Assembly (NCBI GenBank): GCA_030141605.1
Contig: JAQGDQ010000299.1
Span: forward strand, 75,837 to 139,836
Direction: 5' to 3'
DNA length: 64,000 bases
DNA from: Tubiluchus corallicola
Lineage: Eukaryota > Animalia > Priapulida
A program made the position numbers and the translations under genes. Positions 25,916-37,900 of the stretch are shown piece by piece. Below the pieces are notes generated by a model. It saw only the letters and a list, made by a program, of their open reading frames with translations, searched no databases and was not told the origin of the DNA. Numbering within the stretch: position 1 is the stretch's first letter; every line of letters begins with the position of its first letter.

Positions 25916-28900
25916 AGATCTACAACAAATTCCAAAAGAATTTTACATTCTTGTTACTTTGAAAAGTCTGCTCATCAATACCTGGTTTTCTTGCTAAACA
26001 AAACCTCTAAAAGCAAGTAATTCATACCTTTCTGCAAAGTTGATAAGCACGAAGCTAAAGATGGAATAGCTTCCGGTAGCAATTCACATAAAACAGCATA
26101 GTGATCATACCTATAATAAAGCCGAGTTTTAAAACAGAGAAAATAAAATGCATTAATGCCTCATAATGGCAACCTAAATAATCTACAGGTAATAAGCCTT
26201 TTCGCAGTTTTGTTGCGCGCACACGCAGTTGCTGTAGGTCAAAGGTTATGTGCACCACAGCACCTAATACGTCTTAACTACAACCGTCAAGTTACGTGTG
26301 GGTAAAGCAAAGCTGTCCTCTGCATCAGTTCAGCATCTTCGGTTGTTTTACAAAGACTTTACTTAATTATGTGTTAGTCCGTGCATAGAATGCTTTACTA
26401 GTAGGATCTTGTTTGGGAACAAGAAAAAATGAACTAGGTAAGGTTCTAGCTAGCTGTTAAACTGTTACTATTGCAACAGCCTGGACTATGAGGCATTGTC
26501 AAGTGTACACAAAGGTATTGTCTGGTGCTATATTGTCGGGACCTTTTCACGATCATTATCAATAGCTGGAAATGTGAAAAGGCTTATTGATGTTTAGTTT
26601 TAAAACACACAAGATTAACGTGAGCTTGATAATATGCTGATGTAGTTGAAACTTTATCAAAGCGTCCAGTTTTATACTAAACAGGTACAGAGTTGCATTT
26701 TCAATCTGTGAGCTCCAATTTCTAATGTTGTTTTTTTTCTTATTACAAATAACGATTTTCTGCAAATTACATAAAGTAAAGAAAAATCATCAAAACATCT
26801 CTTCATACAACATTGTGTGAATAACATGACAGTAAATCAGGAAAACGATTAATCAACCAAGGCCAGGCCAAGAGCGTTATGGCGCGTTCAGACTTGGAAA
26901 CTTCTCTCATAACTTGTTGCACAACTTCTCTCATAGAGTAGAGTCGCACGTGTGAATGGCTAGGCAACTTCTCTCATAGAGTAGAGTCGCACGTGTGAAT
27001 GGCTAGGCAACTTCTCTCATAGAGTAGAGTCGCACGTGTGAATGGCTAGGCAACTTCTCTCGCAACTTATCGCAAACTCAGAGAGAGTCACTAAGTTAAA
27101 TTGGGAGAAAAGTTCCCAAGCTGTTCACACATGCGACTTTGCGCTCAGAGAGAAGTTGCGCAACAAGTTGCTGGAGAAGTTGCCAAACCGTTCACACGCA
27201 CGACTTTACTCCCACTGAGAGTTGGGCAACAAGTTGCAAAAGAACTCTCTAAGTCTAAATGCACCATTAGATGTGATGTATATTTTCACAGAATCCAAGC
27301 CACTAAGCAACTTAGCAACAGAAACGGCATGCATGTTATAAATACATGATACGGGAGAATAAATATAACAGCTAGAAAACAACATAAAATATTTTACACA
27401 TAAGTTGGATTAAATTAAAAATGGACGATATTACAGCAGCCTTTAGCAAGATCTCAGAAACCATGCATCAGCAGCTTACTGATTGTATGAATCATTAAGC
27501 CAGTGTATCCTCATGTCACCGTAATCACTCACTCACACACCTTCTCTCTCACATACTCGTCTGGATCATCTCCTTAGTCAGTATATCCATGTTTCAACGC
27601 TTTTCCAATAAGTGTGGAAAATGAAAATCATTGATAACATTACACTGAAATTAGATGAAATTTTACAAGTAATCAGTCAGTAAGTCAGTTAGTTAGCCAG
27701 CCAGTCACTTAGCTATTAGCCATCGGTGTACCACAGATATAAAAACACTGCAGATAGTCTGCAAAAAGGTAATGTGGAGTTTCTATTGTGTCAGAAGTTG
27801 AATTTTCATTGCAGCATTTTTTTGAAAAAGTCCACCCATAAACAACAAATGACTTCCACAAAAGTATCACAGACAACTGGAATAATATAACACCTGAGCA
27901 ACTAACGTGGACAATTTCAATGATATGTGATACAAGCAGAGCAATTAAGCAGAAAAAGAACTAAGAGCTTATATAAACATTCTGCATACACTATATTTTT
28001 TAACAAAAACATAACATTAACAATTAAGAAAACCATTATTACTCATATTAAAGGATTCTTTGTAAAATAAGGTTTACAATGCTGGCTTCGCTTAGTAAAA
28101 TGCGACCTAAATAAGAATCAAATTTTCAAATTGTCACCATAGAGCTTTAAATGAGTTCTAAATTAAAACAATGTCATTGCTGCGAAACAATGCTGCTGCT
28201 CTGATTTCAAACATCAAACAAAGGCAGCTAAGTAATTTCAATGTTATGACGTTTATTTCAGTGGCTAAACTTACAGCGACACAAATTTGGTGAAATAGCA
28301 AATAAAAAACCTCAAGGTGAGTATTCTAACTTTTCAAACATTAGTACGTTTTACTAGAGTTATATTTTCCCAACGAGTATTTCCGTCATTGTTTTTGTAA
28401 TCAGCAAAAGAAGGAAATGTTATGACTCACACAGAAAGTCACTGTTTAGTTCTTAGTTGGATAGTTGTTTTTTCTTCTGAGCCAAAACAAATATAATTTT
28501 AACAATTCTGCATTACCATTTTGTGCATGCTGCACCACATCTAAATAATTTATTTGACACTTATTTTCTGATCCTTTATTATTTTCTTTTTTTTTACTAC
28601 ATAATTCATTATGACAAATGTTCCAGTATTCACAATGAACAAGGCATCGCTAAGTGGCTTACTGTTGCTGTTAGTTACTCTGCAAAGCTCGAGAGCAGAA
28701 ATGGTAAGTTCAGAAAATACTTTCCTAAGGACAATAACACAGAAACACTCAAGCAAATCACTACTTTTTTAAACATGTTTCTTTTATGCAAGCTCACGCA
28801 TTGTGCGCTATTTGTATAAAGTAACAGTTATTGTAACTATCCTTATTTTTAAAGTACAGTCCAGCTATTTTTAAGCTTCTTTAACAATGCAATTAATTTT

Positions 28901-31900
28901 CTAGAATCACACAGCATGTTGTCCAATCGGTTGGGAATATTACCATGGACATTGCTACTTGCTTTCCCAAACTCAGATTCATTGGTGGGGAGCTGTGGTA
29001 AAGTGCAAAATAGCAGGAGGTGAATTGGCAACAGTTGAAACTGATGCAGAAAATCATTTCCTAGAAAACTACATAAGAAATATTGGCAAGTGTTATCATT
29101 TATCTAAATTACAAGTAATACTGAAGTCTTAATACAGAACATATCAATTGACATTGATATGTGCTATTTAACAGCCAATTTTGTAGTATAACAAAAATAA
29201 TATATAATAAAAAGATATGCACCAAGTTTGTTAAATGTGTAAATGATCACTAGTAACTTATTAATTAGTTTATCTCTACTATGGATAGGTGGCTCTGACT
29301 GAATGTGTGCTGACTATAGGTTTTACACGTTAAATGTAGGCACAGGAAAGTTCAAATGTGACTTAGGTAAGTCAAATGTAGACATAGGAATTACGAATGT
29401 GTTTTGGTAACTCAAATGTGACTTAGGTAAGTCAAATGTAGACATAGGAATTACGAATGTGTTTTGGTAACTCAAATGTGACTTAGGTAAGTCAAATGTA
29501 GACGCATTACTTTGAATAAATAGGTAATTAACTCATTTAAGTGCAAATTACAAAAAGATAAACCAAAGATAGTCATCGCATCTTTCATAAATTTGAAAAA
29601 TGTGTTGTTTATCCCTTCCCAATGAACAGTGAATCACTAATTAGTTTTTTAAGTAATCCATTAGCACTGCATTAATGATTTAGTTTCTCTCAAGAAACAT
29701 TGTTTATTTTAAGAATGTATTGTTTTCTCTAACAGTTAGAGTGGTATGTAAAGTTTACAGAATATTAGTGGACTATTAGTAGCCCTATAAAGTTATTATT
29801 ATTTTCATAGCAATTATTAAATTAAGATTAAAGGAGATTAAATTTTACTTCCTTAAGCTTTACCACCTATCCACATTTGAGATACCAATGTCACATTTAA
29901 CTTGACAGGTGTCTACATTTGACTTACCAAAAACACTTAAGATTTCTTGAAAACTATTGCTAACACATTTGAACTACCCAAGTCTACTTTTGAGTTACCA
30001 TGACACATTTGAAATAACAAAATCTACATTTGAGTTAACGCAGGTCTACATTTGACATGTAAAACCTATAGTAAGAATATTCAGATCTGCTATGGCCCTA
30101 TGGGTTTATAGCTCAAATAGCTATGAGTATGTAGCCCAATACCACAAGATTCTTGGCTAGAATCATGCTTGACTCACAATGTTTCAAAGCTTTCTTCCAT
30201 ATAAATTTAACTGTTCATAGAATAATACATGTAAAAAAATGCTGTGTAAAAATTTCTACCAATATACTTCTGAAACAAGTTCTGCCATTGAAAACGAATG
30301 CAATGTAATCTCCCGTGTGCCACATTACATATTGAAAACTGTTAACAAAGCATACAAGAAGTTAAAAATGACATGAAAAGACATTTTATAAAGACCAAAA
30401 TCATGGCAAGCAACACCCCAAGTGCTGACACCTATCAACATCAAATACAGTTAACAGACAGAATGTTGTCATTTCTAAATGTTGTCATGATATTTTAGAA
30501 TTACATTTCTGGGTCCAGACATTATAAAAAAGAATAAAATATACCAATTTTAAAGTGAAATCATCTTTATTAATTCAAGAATCGCTTTCTTTTATTTACT
30601 TATGTGCAAATTTGAATACTTATTTAAACTGCACCCGGTTTCACAAAGTTATCATTAATCATCGTCACTAAAGCTATCACCAGGATGTAGTTAATTAGTG
30701 ACAATTTTGAGAAAATTCCCCCTGGATTAATAAATGCTGTATATAGATTAGAAAAACTCTAACATGGCTACACATCTGAATACATATCTAATGCACCCAG
30801 AGATGCTAGCACAGTTTTAGTATTCTAAGGTAAGGAGTTTGCATTGCTGAAACACAAGACGAAACTACTGCTTCCTAAGGGGTCCAGCAAGATGCACTCA
30901 AAACCATTCAATTCAATTCAGTTTATTTCCATTTTGTCTTTTTACTAGCTGTCACTTACTCTCTTAATTCAACCATGTCATTGTTTTTCTAAAGACGCCG
31001 ATGTCTGGATTGGTGGAACTGATCAACACCGAGAAGGTGACTGGATATGGGTCTCAAATGGTCAGCCAATCATTAGCAACAAGTTAGCTCACCACGAGAT
31101 TAATAACCAGAATGGTCAACAACATTGTTTACGATTCTGGATTAGTGAAAATTTCATCTGGGATGACTTCAGTTGTACAAAAGCTCACTACTATCTTTGT
31201 GAAGCCGATGCACAGTAGTGCACCATTATGATCCATGCAACTATAAAGTCTGTCAACAATTATTCTCATTACCACAATTGATTATACATCATTCTTGATT
31301 TTAATGAAATAGGAGAAATTTAACGAAATTAAAATTATTTTCTGACTCCTTAAACCTATAAAATCGCTGATAAAGAGTGACACAAGAAACAGCAAATATT
31401 ACCAGAATTTTGGAGATAGTTTACATAGTGATGGAGTCAGGGCAATTAGACAGAAAAAAGAACTAAGAGCTTATAAAAGCATTCTGCATACATGAAGAAA
31501 GTATCTTCTACTAATGCCACAGTAAGTATATGTAAATGATGGCAAAAGTTACATTTGACTACAAAACTGTAATAAACAATAATCATTGCATTGACGTCTT
31601 CAATCCAAAGTTTAGAGATACTTGTATAGAACACTTCTTTAGCAATAAATTTTGTTTACTGGTGGTATTAAAGAAACACTCTATTTACAAATTTTAGAAA
31701 ATGATTTACATGGTAATCTTGAAGCCATTAAGTTATTATTTATACAGTTTTTAAAGTATTAATGTTTAGTTTTATACTTTATATTGTACTTACAATTTTG
31801 GATGGATTGTGTGTGATTTTTCTCCTTTTTATCAATTATTATTTGGAAGAGCTTACAACTGCACAAGAACCAAACAAGTTTTCACTTATGATTGCCATTG

Positions 31901-34900
31901 ACTATATGCATGCTGTCAGGTCAAATCATTATTATTAACTGAATATTTTTCCCATTGTTTCTATATATTGTATATTTGCATTTCCAAATAAATAAACTAT
32001 TTAGAAAAATACTGTTGTGTATAAACCCAGGATAGCTGTGAACCTACACAGAACCTAAATAAGCCAATAGCACACGATGTTGAATGGACTATCCAACCAT
32101 TTCTGGCTATACCATGCATCAGCAGCTTACTGATTGTATGAATCATTAAGCCAGTGTATCCTCATGTCACCAAAATCACTCACTCACTCACTCACCTTCT
32201 CTCTCACATACTCGTCTGGGTCATCTCCTTAGTCAGTATACCTATGCTTCAAGGCTTTTCCAATAAGTGTGGCAAAAGAAAATCATTGATAACATTACAC
32301 CGAAATTAGATGAAATTTTAAAAGTAATCAGTCAGTAAGTCAGTTGGTTTGCCAGCCAGTCACTTAGCTATTACCCATCGGTGCACCACAGACATAAAAA
32401 CACTGCAGATAGTCTGCAAAAAGGTAATGTGGAGTTTCTATAGTGTCAGAAGTTGAACTTTCATTGCAGCATTTTTTGAAAAAGTGCACCCATAAACAAC
32501 AATTGACTTCCACAAAAGTATCACAGACAAGTGGAATAATATAACATCTGAGCAACTAATGTGGACAATTTCAGTGATAAGTGATACAGTCAGAGCAATT
32601 AAGCAGAAAAAGAACTAAGAGCTTATATAAGCATTCTGCATACACTATATTCTTTAACAAAAACATAGCATTAACAATTAAGAAAACCATTATTACTCAT
32701 ATTAAAAGGATTATTTGTAAAATAACGTTTACAATGCTGGCTTCGCTTAGTAAAATGTGACCTAAATAAGAATCAAATTTTCAAATTGTCACCATAGAGC
32801 TTTAAATGAGTTCTAAATTAAAACAATGTCATTGCTGCGAAACAATGCTGCTGCTCTGATTTCAAACATCAAACAAAGGCAGCTAAGTAATTTCAATGTT
32901 ATGACGTTTATTTCAGTAGCTAAACTTACAGCGACACAAATTTGGTGAAATAACAAATAAAAAACCTCAAGGTGAGTATTCTAACTTTTCAAACATCAGT
33001 ACGTTTTACTAGAGTTATATTTTCCCAACGAGTATTTCCGTCATTGTTTTTGTAATCAGCAAAAGGAGGAAATTTTATGACTCGCACAAAAAGTCACTGT
33101 TTAGATCTTAGTTAGATAGTTGTTTTTTCTTCTGAGCCAAAACAAATATATTTTTAACAATTTCGCATTACCATTTTGTGCATGCTGCACCACATCTAAA
33201 TAATTTATTTGACACTTATTTTCTGATCCTTTATTATTTTCTTTTTTTTTATTGCATAATTCATTGTGACAAATGTTCCAGTATTCACAATGAACCAGGC
33301 ATCGCTAAGTGGCTTACTGTTGCTGTTAGTTACTCTGCAACGCTCGAGAGCAGAAATGGTAAGTTCAGAAAATACTTTCCTAAGGACAATAACACAGAAA
33401 CACTCAAGCAAATCACTACTTTTTTAAACATGTTTCTTTTATGCAAGCTCACGCATTGTGCGTTATTTGTATAAAGTAACAGTTATTGTAACTATCCTTA
33501 TTTTTAAAGTACAGTCCAGCTATTTTTAAGCTTCTTTAACAATGCAATTAATTTTCTAGAATCAGACAGCATTTTGTCCAATCGGTTGGGAATATTACCA
33601 TGGACATTGCTACTTGCTTTCCCAAACTCAGATTCATTGGTGGGGAGCTGCGGTAAAGTGCAAAATAGCAGGAGGTGAATTGGCAACAGTTGAAACCGAT
33701 GCAGAAAATCATTTCCTAGAAAACTACATAAGAAATATTGGCAAGTATTATCATTTATCTACATTACGAGTAATACTGAAGTCTTAATACAGAACATATC
33801 AATTGACATTGATATGTGCTATTTAACAGCCAATTTTGTAGTATAACAAAAATAATATATAATAAAAAGATATGCACCAAGTTTGTTAAATGTGTAAATG
33901 ATCACTAGTAACTTATTAATTAGTTTATCTCTACTATGGATAGGTGGCTCTGACTGAATGTGTGCTGACAATAGGTTTTACACGTCAAATGTAGACACAG
34001 GAAAGTTCAAATGTGACTTAGGTAAGTCAAATGTAGACATAGGAATTACGAATGTGTTTTGGTAACTCAAATGTGACTTAGGTAAGTCAAATGTAGATGC
34101 ATTACTTTGAATAAATAGGTAATTAACTCATTTAAGTGCAAATTACAAAAAGATAAACCAAAGATAGTCATCGCATCTTTCATAACTTTGAAAAATGTGT
34201 TGTTTATCCCTTCCCAATGAACAGTGAATCACTAATTAGTTTTTTAAATAATGCATTAGCACTGCATTAATGATTTAGTTTCTCTCAAGAAACATTGTTT
34301 ATTTTAAGAATGTATTGTTTTCTCTAACAGTTAGAATGGTATGTAAAGTTTACAGAATATTAGTGGACTATTAGTAGCCCTATAAAGTTATTATTATTTT
34401 CATAGCAATTATTAAATTAAGATTAAAGGAGATTAAATTTTACTTCCTTAAGCTTTACCACCTATCCACATTTGAGATACCAATGTCACATTTGACTTGA
34501 CATGTGTCTACATTTGACTTACCAAAAACACTTAAGATTTCTTGAAAACTATTGCTAACACATTTGAACTACCCAAGTCTACTTTTGAGTTACCACGACA
34601 CATTTGAATTAACAAAATCTACATTTGAGTTAACGCAGGTCTACATTTGACATGTAAAACCTATAGTATGAATATTCAGATCTGCTATGGCCCTATGGGT
34701 TTATAGCTCAAATAGCTATGAGTCTGTAGCCCAATACCACAAGATTCTTGGCTAGAATCATGCTTGACTCACAATGTTTCAGAGCTTTCTTCCATATAAA
34801 TTTAACTGTTCATAGAATAATACATGTAAAAAAATGCTGTGTAAAAATTTCTACCAATATACTTCTGAAACAAGTTCTGCCATTGAAAACGAATGCAATG

Positions 34901-37900
34901 TAATCTCCAGTGTGCCACATTACATATTGAAAACTGTTAACAAAGCATACAAGAAGTTAAAAATGACGTGAAAAGACATTTTATAAAGTACAAAATCATG
35001 GCAAGCAACACCCCAAGTGCTGACACCTATCAACATCAAATACAGTTAACAGACAGAATGTTGTCATTTCTAAATGTTGTCATGATATTTTAGAATTACA
35101 TTTCTGGGTCCAGACATTATAAAAATAATAAAATATATTCTTATGTCTTTTTACTAGCCTTTCACTTACTCTCTTAATTTAACCACGTCATTCTTTTTCT
35201 AAAGACGGCGATGTCTGGATTGGTGGAACTGATCAACACCGAGAAGGTTACTGGATATGGGTGTCTAATGGTCAGCCAATCATTAGCAACAAAGTAGCTA
35301 ACTGGCCTTTTGATAACGACAAGGGTAGTCAACATTGTATACGATTATGGCATGGCAAAAATTTCATCTGGGATGACCACTATTGTACAGAAGCTCACTA
35401 CTATCTTTGTGAAACCGATGCACAGTAGTGTACCATTATGATACATGCATCTGTAAAGTCTGTCAACAATTATTCTCATTACAACAGCTGATTATACATC
35501 ATTCTTGATTTTAATGAAATAGGAGAAATTTAACGAAATTAAAATTATTTTCTAACTCCCTGTAAAATCACTGATAAAGAGTGACACAAGAAACAGCAAA
35601 TATTAAGTTATTATTTATACAGTTTTCAAAGTATTAATGTTTAGTTTTATACTTAATATTGTACTTACAATTTGGGTTGGATTGTGCATGATTTTTCTCC
35701 TTTTTATTAATTATTATTTGGAAGAGCTTACAACTGCACAAGAACCAAACAAGTTTTCACTTATGGTTGCCATTGACTATATGCATGCTGTTACATCAAA
35801 TCATTATTATTAACTGAATATTTTTCCCATTGTTTCTATATATTATATAGAAACATATATATTATCTATATATATTATATATTATATATATACATATGTA
35901 TATATATAATAATCTTTATTTGCCATTAAAATACATTGATTATCACTGATAAAAACTTTACAGAGATGATCAATCAGTGTTAGTTAATAAAAACTTACAC
36001 TGCTAAAGGCAAATGCGTCAGTGCGATCTAAACTACTGTGCAGTAATGGAAAGTAACGACGAATAAAATCAAACATATTTACAACTATGCACAAAAAAAT
36101 GAAAAAAACTATGATTTAATTAATATAGCCGTGGATATATGAATTCTATTAACAATTAATATGTTAATATTAGTGAGTTTAATTTTGTTTTAAATGCTGT
36201 AATGTATTGTATATTTGCATTTCCGAATAAATAAACTATTTAGAAAAATACTGTTGTGTATAAACCCAGGATAGCTATAAATCTACACAGAACCTAAATA
36301 AGTCAATAGCACACGATGTTGAATGGACTATCCAACCATTTCTGGCTATACCTAGTGTTCGAAGATTCCTTGAAACTGAATTTACAAAACCAAAACCAAA
36401 ATTTATCAAACATCGGAAACCAGAACCTAACCACAATATTTCCGCAAAGCCAACTGTTATTATAACTGAAAGGAAAATGTTAAAATGTGTAAAATGTTTT
36501 GTTTTTTGTTTGCTGTGATGCAAAATTAGTGATAAAAGCACAAGGATTTTTATAGCGCAAAATCTCAAGTTTGACGGGGTTGCTTACATTAAAAAAATTA
36601 ATGTGTTAATTATTTTTGGATTTAAGTATCCTTAATGATTAATGTTTAAAGATCATCATGCTTAATTAAAGTTAAACAAATTTCATTTTGTACAGATTTT
36701 GCGTATATTTCATAAATTACAGAATTAAATGTGATTTTGTTCAAACAAATTCAAACGTGGTTTGATATTTCGGTTGGCTGGGCCTGGAGACCTTAAAACT
36801 TCACAGTCGTTAGCACTGATGATATGCTGCTTTGCTGTGAAAAGCAAATTATGCATAGCACATCATAAACTGCTATGTAAACGAAATTTTAGCTTTATCT
36901 GAATTATTTTAGCCAAGGTTTTTTAGCAGTTTTTGACAACTAGGAGAAAAGAGGAGGTAAGTTGGATAAATACTAGTAAAACCTCCGAAAAATGCTACCG
37001 AAAATTATCCGAAATTTCGGCTACGTACCTTAACAAATTCCTCCAAAACCGAAACTTAACCGAAAACACAATTATCGATAAACCGAATTCTTGTTTCGGT
37101 AACATCCTTGCAAGAAAAGCTCACAAAAAGTAGCAGAAATTCCTTACTAAGTCAAAAATCTCCTGAAGACATATGGAGCATACCTTTGCCAGCCAGTAAG
37201 AGCGAAACCACGGAACTGCTTGTGTGTTTTGTTGTTATTATGGAGAAAATGTAACCAGCTCAAGTGATTCTGAACATGATGATGGACGTCAGTGACTATC
37301 TTCCTGGGTCCAGTGGCTCCCTTGAAAGAACTCGCAGCCCAGATGTTGTGGAACACACTGCTGTACTTTTCCAACAAAGCTGAAAATTATATACTTGAAG
37401 CATATATACATACATACATATATAGATTACGTTCTGATTATCAATTAGAAATTACATCTGCACTCCAGATCACACTGATTCAACGTTCAGTGGTGCCAGA
37501 GGCGTAGCTAAGGGGGTGGGGTGATGGGGGAATCATTCCCAGGGCAGAGGGCACAAAATTCATATACTAGAGATGAATGACTGTTAATTATTAATTACTA
37601 ATCTGACATTAGCAATTAACAAAAGTTTTCAAACTACAGCAAAACTGCCTAGTCAGAGATCAGTGCCTTGATTACTACATACAGCCTAATTGTAATATTG
37701 TTATGCTGTTACATGTTGTTATGCCTAGAGTAGGGCGTGGATTAGCAGATCTCTAATTTTAGGAGAAATATTGGCATTTCTCTAAAAATTAAAGCCAAAT
37801 GTATGATTGTGAATGCCTGTAGTATTCTGCATCTTTCACAATCTTTGCATGTTTTAGTGCTGGAGCTGAAAGTTTAACGATGGTTGTGTTATGAGCAACT

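Larger units (their letters stand above)
27460..36352. repeat. Direct tandem segmental duplication inside HEXD intron 10: unit 1 27460-32110, unit 2 32111-36349
   Basis: Long near-identical stretches at an offset of ~4655, ACC at all three junctions, and several copy-specific indels. Confidence 0.95.

Noticed and set aside
28997-29003. GT donor GTG|GTAAAG ending the lectin exon early
   Set aside because: The frame continues into conserved CTLD sequence (KC...GGELATVE), and the phase would not match the last exon.
28523-29031. Listed ORFs 28523-28819, 28550-28756, 28849-29031 and their duplicates
   Set aside because: They are wrong-frame or antisense shadows of the real lectin exons.
30995-35428. 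Diversity-generating retroelement template/variable repeat pair on a C-type lectin fold
   Set aside because: Differences are not adenine-specific (many C/G and G/T changes), both copies are full intron-containing genes, and no DGR-type reverse transcriptase is present.
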